From Betaproteobacteria bacterium (GTDB lineage: Bacteria; Pseudomonadota; Gammaproteobacteria; Burkholderiales; Burkholderiaceae_C), in contig JAYWHD010000036.1 in NCBI GenBank assembly GCA_043777895.1, positions 9,860-73,859 on the forward strand: DNA of 64,000 nucleotides. The letters are read 5' to 3'. Position 1 is the stretch's first letter. The number at the start of each line of letters is the position of its first letter. Positions 59,831 through 64,000 of this stretch are shown piece by piece. The notes under the pieces are model-generated. The model saw only the letters and a program-made list of their open reading frames with translations, was not told the DNA's origin and searched no databases. Both the position numbers and the translations under genes were made by a program.

Positions 59831-60433
59831 TTAACGGCGTGTGCGTAAAGCATGTGCAAGCGTTGGTAAATCAACGTATTCCAGCTCTATGCCAATGGGC
59901 ACACCTTTAGACAAACGCGTCACTGTTTTTCCAAGTGGTTTAATGTGTTTAGCAATAATATAAGCTGTCGCCTCACCATCAGCAGAAAAACGATTAGCCA
60001 AAATGACTTCTTTGACTTGTGGTTGACTGGCTCTAGCCAACAGTTTTCTAAGTGCGATATTCGCTACGCCCATACCATCTAGCGGCGATAAACGCCCCAT
60101 CAAGACAAAATACAAGCCTTTATAACCCAAAGATTGTTCAATAGCATACTGGTCCGCAATACTATCAACGACACACAGCAACGTTACATCTCGTTCAGAA
60201 TCAGCACAGGTTGTACAGACAGGGTACTCATCTATTGATTCAGTAAAACTATTGCAACGGCAACAGTTATGCAAACTATTTAGGGCATCTAACAGACTAT
60301 TTGCTAAAACTTGTGCGGCAGGACGGTCGTGCTGCAACACATGACTAGCTAATCGCATAGCAGTTTTAGGCCCAATCGTTGGTAAAGCTTGTAATGCCTG
60401 AACCAAGGCATCAAAAACACGTGTTGTTTTCAA
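59831..60433 (-). CDS. recR: Recombination protein RecR
   Basis: LPTIGPKTAMRLASHVL helix-hairpin-helix, a C4 zinc finger (CCRCN...CTTC) and a Toprim region. Confidence 0.95.
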   Translation of the reverse strand: MKTTRVFDALVQALQALPTIGPKTAMRLASHVLQHDRPAAQVLANSLLDALNSLHNCCRCNSFTESIDEYPVCTTCADSERDVTLLCVVDSIADQYAIEQSLGYKGLYFVLMGRLSPLDGMGVANIALRKLLARASQPQVKEVILANRFSADGEATAYIIAKHIKPLGKTVTRLSKGVPIGIELEYVDLPTLAHALRTRR

Positions 60434-60497
60434 AAGATTTACGCTAATTTAAATAAGCCTCTTATAAAAATAAGCTTCTATTATTTATACAATTACA

Positions 60498-60824
60498 TCA
60501 AAACATTTTTAGACCTGGTGGCATTGGAAAACCTGCTGTAATCGCTGACATTTTTTCACTTGAAGTTGCCTCGGCTTTACGCACGGCATCATTCATAGCC
60601 GCTGCAACTAAATCCTCTAACATATCTTTATCTTCGGTTAATAAACTAGCGTCAATATGGACACGGCGTACTTCATTGCGACACGTTAAAGTAATTTTTA
60701 CCAAACCTGAACCTGCTTCACCTATGACCTCTACCTTGCCCAAATCATCTTGAGCTTTTTTCATATTGTTTTGCATTTGTTGGGCTTGTTTCATTAAGCC
60801 ACCCATATTAGATTTATTAAACAT
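60498..60824 (-). CDS. ybaB: YbaB/EbfC-family nucleoid-associated protein
   Basis: [21 protein letters not shown]...MPPGLKMF. Confidence 0.93.
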   Translation of the reverse strand: MFNKSNMGGLMKQAQQMQNNMKKAQDDLGKVEVIGEAGSGLVKITLTCRNEVRRVHIDASLLTEDKDMLEDLVAAAMNDAVRKAEATSSEKMSAITAGFPMPPGLKMF

Positions 60825-60911
60825 ACATTTCCTAAGGTTTCCTAAATTAAAAACAAATTTAATTGTCTATTATTTACTATAAATAATATTTTATCTTATT
60901 ATATTTAAATG

Positions 60912-60951
60912 AATATTATTATTAATATATTAATATATTAATAATAATATT
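60912..60951. repeat. Perfect 40-bp A/T-only palindrome
   Basis: AATATTATTATTAATATATTAATATATTAATAATAATATT equals its own reverse complement (checked by hand). Confidence 0.9.
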
Positions 60952-60969
60952 ATGCATATTTAAAATATT

Positions 60970-61692
60970 TTGTTATCAAAAATAAAACTACACCTTTTAA
61001 TGACTTTCTCAACATCAACCGTTTATGCTGCTCAACCGACTGGTACATCACAACAATTATTTTTATTAGTACAACCTTATGCTACGTATGACACCAATAT
61101 AGTAGCAATGGCTCAAGCATTAAGTCAGCACTTTACAACCGCTAGTGTTGTGATTATCAATTTGTTTCAAGTCAGCCCACATACTGAAAGCGAACATAAA
61201 TGCTTATCGCAAGCGTGTTTCACTGAAGCACATATATCAGATTATGTCGCTATAACACTGACTGATTTAATGGATACTGTAAAATATTGGCAAGAAAAAA
61301 CGGCTATTACGCCTGTCGCAACCGCTTTATTAGGCTTTTCTTATAGTGGGGCAACCTGTCTTGAAGCAGCCAAGCAATTGCCTTTAATCGCAGGCCGCGT
61401 TATTGCACATTCAAGCCCATCAGTTACAATAACTATACCAAGCACTGTAGAGAGAATTTACGCTAAAGAAACCACAATACACTTGGTTCATGGGAAAAAA
61501 GACTTAATCGTACCTCACCAACATAGTATCAATACGGCTAATTGGCTTAATGATTTAAATATGGACTTTACTGCTGATATTTTGCCAGATATGTCTCATG
61601 CGTTTAATGAACAATCTATTAGCATTATTTTGCAGCGTTTAAGTAGTTATATTCCAAAACGCTTATGGAACGAAGCTATGCGTGCTGCATAA
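60970..61692 (+). CDS. Alpha/beta-hydrolase, phospholipase/carboxylesterase-like
   Basis: GFSYSG nucleophile elbow, VHGKKDLIVP and a MSHAF histidine region. The track start is TTG 60970; an alternative ATG lies at 61000. Confidence 0.65.
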   Translation: MLSKIKLHLLMTFSTSTVYAAQPTGTSQQLFLLVQPYATYDTNIVAMAQALSQHFTTASVVIINLFQVSPHTESEHKCLSQACFTEAHISDYVAITLTDLMDTVKYWQEKTAITPVATALLGFSYSGATCLEAAKQLPLIAGRVIAHSSPSVTITIPSTVERIYAKETTIHLVHGKKDLIVPHQHSINTANWLNDLNMDFTADILPDMSHAFNEQSISIILQRLSSYIPKRLWNEAMRAA

Positions 61693-61718
61693 ACACCTAA
61701 AAACAACCACACAATATT

Positions 61719-62165
61719 ATGAACGTACAAATAAAAATATTAAATAGTAAACTAACACTAGACCAGTTAAATTATGCCACCACAGGCAGTGCAGGGTTAG
61801 ACTTACGGGCTATATTAGACACCCCACTGTCTATTCCCGCTGATAAAACAGTCCTCATTAGCACGGGTATAAGTATTTATTTACAAGACCCTAATTATGC
61901 GGCGATGATTTTACCGCGTTCAGGTTTAGGCGTTAAACACGGTATTGTATTAGGCAATTTAGTCGGCTTAATTGACAGCGATTATCAAGGTGAGTTAAAA
62001 GTTGCCTTGTGGAACCGTAGCAACCAAGTGTATGTATTACAACCTTTTGAACGTATGGCACAGTTAATTATTGTGCCTGTAGTACACGCACAATTTAAAA
62101 TCGTTGATGCGTTTGATGCCACACAACGCGGTACTGGCGGATTTGGTAGCACTGGAATTGTTTAA
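61719..62165 (+). CDS. dut: dUTP diphosphatase
   Basis: [32 protein letters not shown] and [10 protein letters not shown]. Confidence 0.96.
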   Translation: MNVQIKILNSKLTLDQLNYATTGSAGLDLRAILDTPLSIPADKTVLISTGISIYLQDPNYAAMILPRSGLGVKHGIVLGNLVGLIDSDYQGELKVALWNRSNQVYVLQPFERMAQLIIVPVVHAQFKIVDAFDATQRGTGGFGSTGIV

Positions 62166-62189
62166 TTTAAATCGTTTAATTTAAGTTGC

Positions 62190-63611
62190 TTAACTGCCTG
62201 CTACCGCCATTTTTTCCAATAAAATTGACCCCGTTGTCTTAGTACCACGGGTGATAGTATCTGCACCAACTGCAAGTATATTTAAAAACATATCGCGTAA
62301 ATTGCCTGCAATAGTAATCTCCTCTACGGCGTGAATAATCAAACCATTCTCTACCCAATAACCCGATGCACCGCGTGAGTAATCACCCGTTACATAATTG
62401 ATACCCTGCCCCAGTAATTCTGTAACAAAAAGTCCCGTGCCTAATTTACGTAACATCACTACTAAATCGTCACTCATTACGGTATCTTTGTGTTGAAGCA
62501 CTAAATTGTGTGACCCGCCCGCATGGCCGGTTGATTGCATACCTAATTTACGTGCAGTATACGTGCTTAAAAAATAAGTCTGTAAAATTCCAGAATCTAC
62601 GATAGTACGCTGTACTGTGGGTGTGCCTTCATCATCATAATAAGCACTGCCAACACCACCCATAATATGAGGATTTTCATAAATACTAATAGCAGTATTC
62701 ATAACACACTGACCTAAACAGTCTTTTAAAAAAGTACTATCACGGTACAAAGCCCCACCACTAGCTGCCTGCACTAAGCTACCTAATAACCCACACGCTA
62801 ATGGGGCTTCAAATAAAACAGGATACACACCTGTCGGTATTTTGCATGCCCCTAAACGAGACAAAGTGCGTTGGGCTGCATAGCGTCCAATAGCCATCGG
62901 GTCAGCTAAATGAGTAGCATTACGCTCACTGCTATACCAATAATCTCGTTGTAACGCCCCTTTATAGGAGGCAATTGGGGTAACAGACAAGCTATGCCGC
63001 GAATAAGCATAACCATTTTCAAACCCCAAGTCAGTACCATATTGGGTCGCTTGATAGAACTGCCCGTGACTTACCGAAACACTAGCCCCGTCACTATTTT
63101 TAATACTTTTATGGGTATCAAAAGCAGCTTTTTCAGCTTGTAATGCTAATTGCGTTGCTTGTGCAGTGCTAATATCCCACGGATGATATAAAGACAAATC
63201 AGGGGCAATACCTTGATATAAACCATTTAAATCAGATAATCCAGAACAATCATCAATCGCGGTATAGCGTGCAATGTCGTATGCTGCTTGTACAGTGGCT
63301 TGCAATGATTGGCTTGAAAAATCAGCTGTGCTGGCACTACCGCTTGAAAAATGACTCGGTGTACCCAAAAATATAGTCACGCCTAAAGATTTATCGCGGC
63401 TATATTCTACTGATTCTGCTTCGCTTTTACGTACCACAACCGATAAACCTTGTGATTCACTGACTTGCACCGCCGTTTGAGCCGCACCTAATATCCTTGC
63501 AATGGCTAACATTTCGTGGCTTACCTCACGCAAAGCCTGTTGTGAAAATACAAATGGATTAAACATAGTAGATTGTTTAGATTGTTTAGATTTATTAGGC
63601 AATGTCTTCAT
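62190..63611 (-). CDS. pmbA: Metalloprotease PmbA/TldE
   Basis: About 450-aa TldE pattern (YYDDEGTPT, TGHAGGSHN, GDYSRGASGYWVENG). Confidence 0.9.
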   Translation of the reverse strand: MKTLPNKSKQSKQSTMFNPFVFSQQALREVSHEMLAIARILGAAQTAVQVSESQGLSVVVRKSEAESVEYSRDKSLGVTIFLGTPSHFSSGSASTADFSSQSLQATVQAAYDIARYTAIDDCSGLSDLNGLYQGIAPDLSLYHPWDISTAQATQLALQAEKAAFDTHKSIKNSDGASVSVSHGQFYQATQYGTDLGFENGYAYSRHSLSVTPIASYKGALQRDYWYSSERNATHLADPMAIGRYAAQRTLSRLGACKIPTGVYPVLFEAPLACGLLGSLVQAASGGALYRDSTFLKDCLGQCVMNTAISIYENPHIMGGVGSAYYDDEGTPTVQRTIVDSGILQTYFLSTYTARKLGMQSTGHAGGSHNLVLQHKDTVMSDDLVVMLRKLGTGLFVTELLGQGINYVTGDYSRGASGYWVENGLIIHAVEEITIAGNLRDMFLNILAVGADTITRGTKTTGSILLEKMAVAGS

Positions 63612-63756
63612 AATGTAACTTAATTAGTTTAATATTCTATGTAGTGTGTAATAGATAGCAACGTATCCCATACAGACCGCGTTATTTGTCTTTTTATATC
63701 TATTTAGATCGCTATGATACTGTTTTAACACAACTATAATACTCTGGTTTACTTTT

Positions 63757-64000
63757 ATGGCACATATTTTTATTACTACTGAAGCTGAACTTAACCCTGG
63801 TTTTAACCCTGACAAACCCAGCAAGTCCTTACTAAAACGTCAAATGGACGATTTACAAACCTTGGGTGGACGCTTAATTAGCCTGTCTAAAGAAAAATTA
63901 ATGCAGCTTAGTCTACCCGAACGCTTGTTTGACGCGGTGATTGATGCTAAACGAATTACGGCTAATGGTGCAACTGCACGTCAATTGCAGTTTATTGGTA
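63757..64000 (+). CDS. yjgA: YjgA/DarP (DUF615) ribosome-associated protein, 3' end outside window
   Basis: Hand translation gives MAHIFITTEAELNPGFNPDKPSKSLLKRQMDDLQTLGGRLISLSKEKLMQLSLPERLFDAVIDAKRITANGATARQLQFIG. It is divergent from pmbA, as in E. coli. Confidence 0.8.
   Translation, partial: MAHIFITTEAELNPGFNPDKPSKSLLKRQMDDLQTLGGRLISLSKEKLMQLSLPERLFDAVIDAKRITANGATARQLQFIG

Noticed and set aside
63624-63824. A 66-codon minus-strand ORF lies between pmbA and the window end.
   Set aside because: It overlaps the 5' end of the plus-strand yjgA-like gene, which has clear family similarity, and it has no motifs of its own.

Overview
This is a 64-kb chromosomal window from an A+T-rich proteobacterium. 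The core proteins (EF-Tu, EF-G, S12, S7) and the local gene orders (hisE-HIT-tatABC, rsmH-to-ftsZ, rpsL-rpsG-fusA-tuf-rpsJ) look betaproteobacterial, probably Burkholderiales-like. That placement comes from my memory of these families; no search was run. Almost all of the window is housekeeping. It holds a complete dcw division/cell-wall cluster at 10.0-30.5 kb (rsmH, ftsL, ftsI, murE, murF, mraY, murD, ftsW, murG, murC, ddl, ftsQ, ftsA, ftsZ) and the str operon at 49.6-55.6 kb. It also holds tatABC, topoisomerase III, RNase R, serS, gltX, rpmB-rpmG, recR-ybaB, dut, pmbA, queF, one tRNA(CAU) and a large FAD/Fe-S oxidoreductase fusion. I saw no IS element, integrase, prophage, CRISPR array or recognisable defence or secretion operon. 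Five things are unusual. (1) Nearly every intergenic spacer is packed with short tandem repeats (units of 6-18 nt). The same slippage-type repeats sit in frame inside essential genes as N/S/T/K-rich insertions (MurD, MurG, MurC, M61 peptidase, the DUF349-like protein and others). (2) Two small secreted ORFans are wedged into operons that are normally invariant. One lies between ftsW and murG. The other lies between rpsG and fusA and is split at an A6 slippery tract. (3) A MITE-like element with identical termini occurs at two loci. (4) FtsZ carries a long N-terminal extension and a tandemly duplicated C-terminal anchor peptide. (5) A 600-aa polytopic membrane protein has an internal J-domain. 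Several canonical syntenies are broken: there is no mraZ, no lpxC after ftsZ, no rplC after rpsJ, no dnaX before ybaB, and hisE is orphaned. This pattern suggests a rearranged, possibly host-restricted genome. Coordinates follow the supplied ORF track, with starts adjusted by hand where stated.
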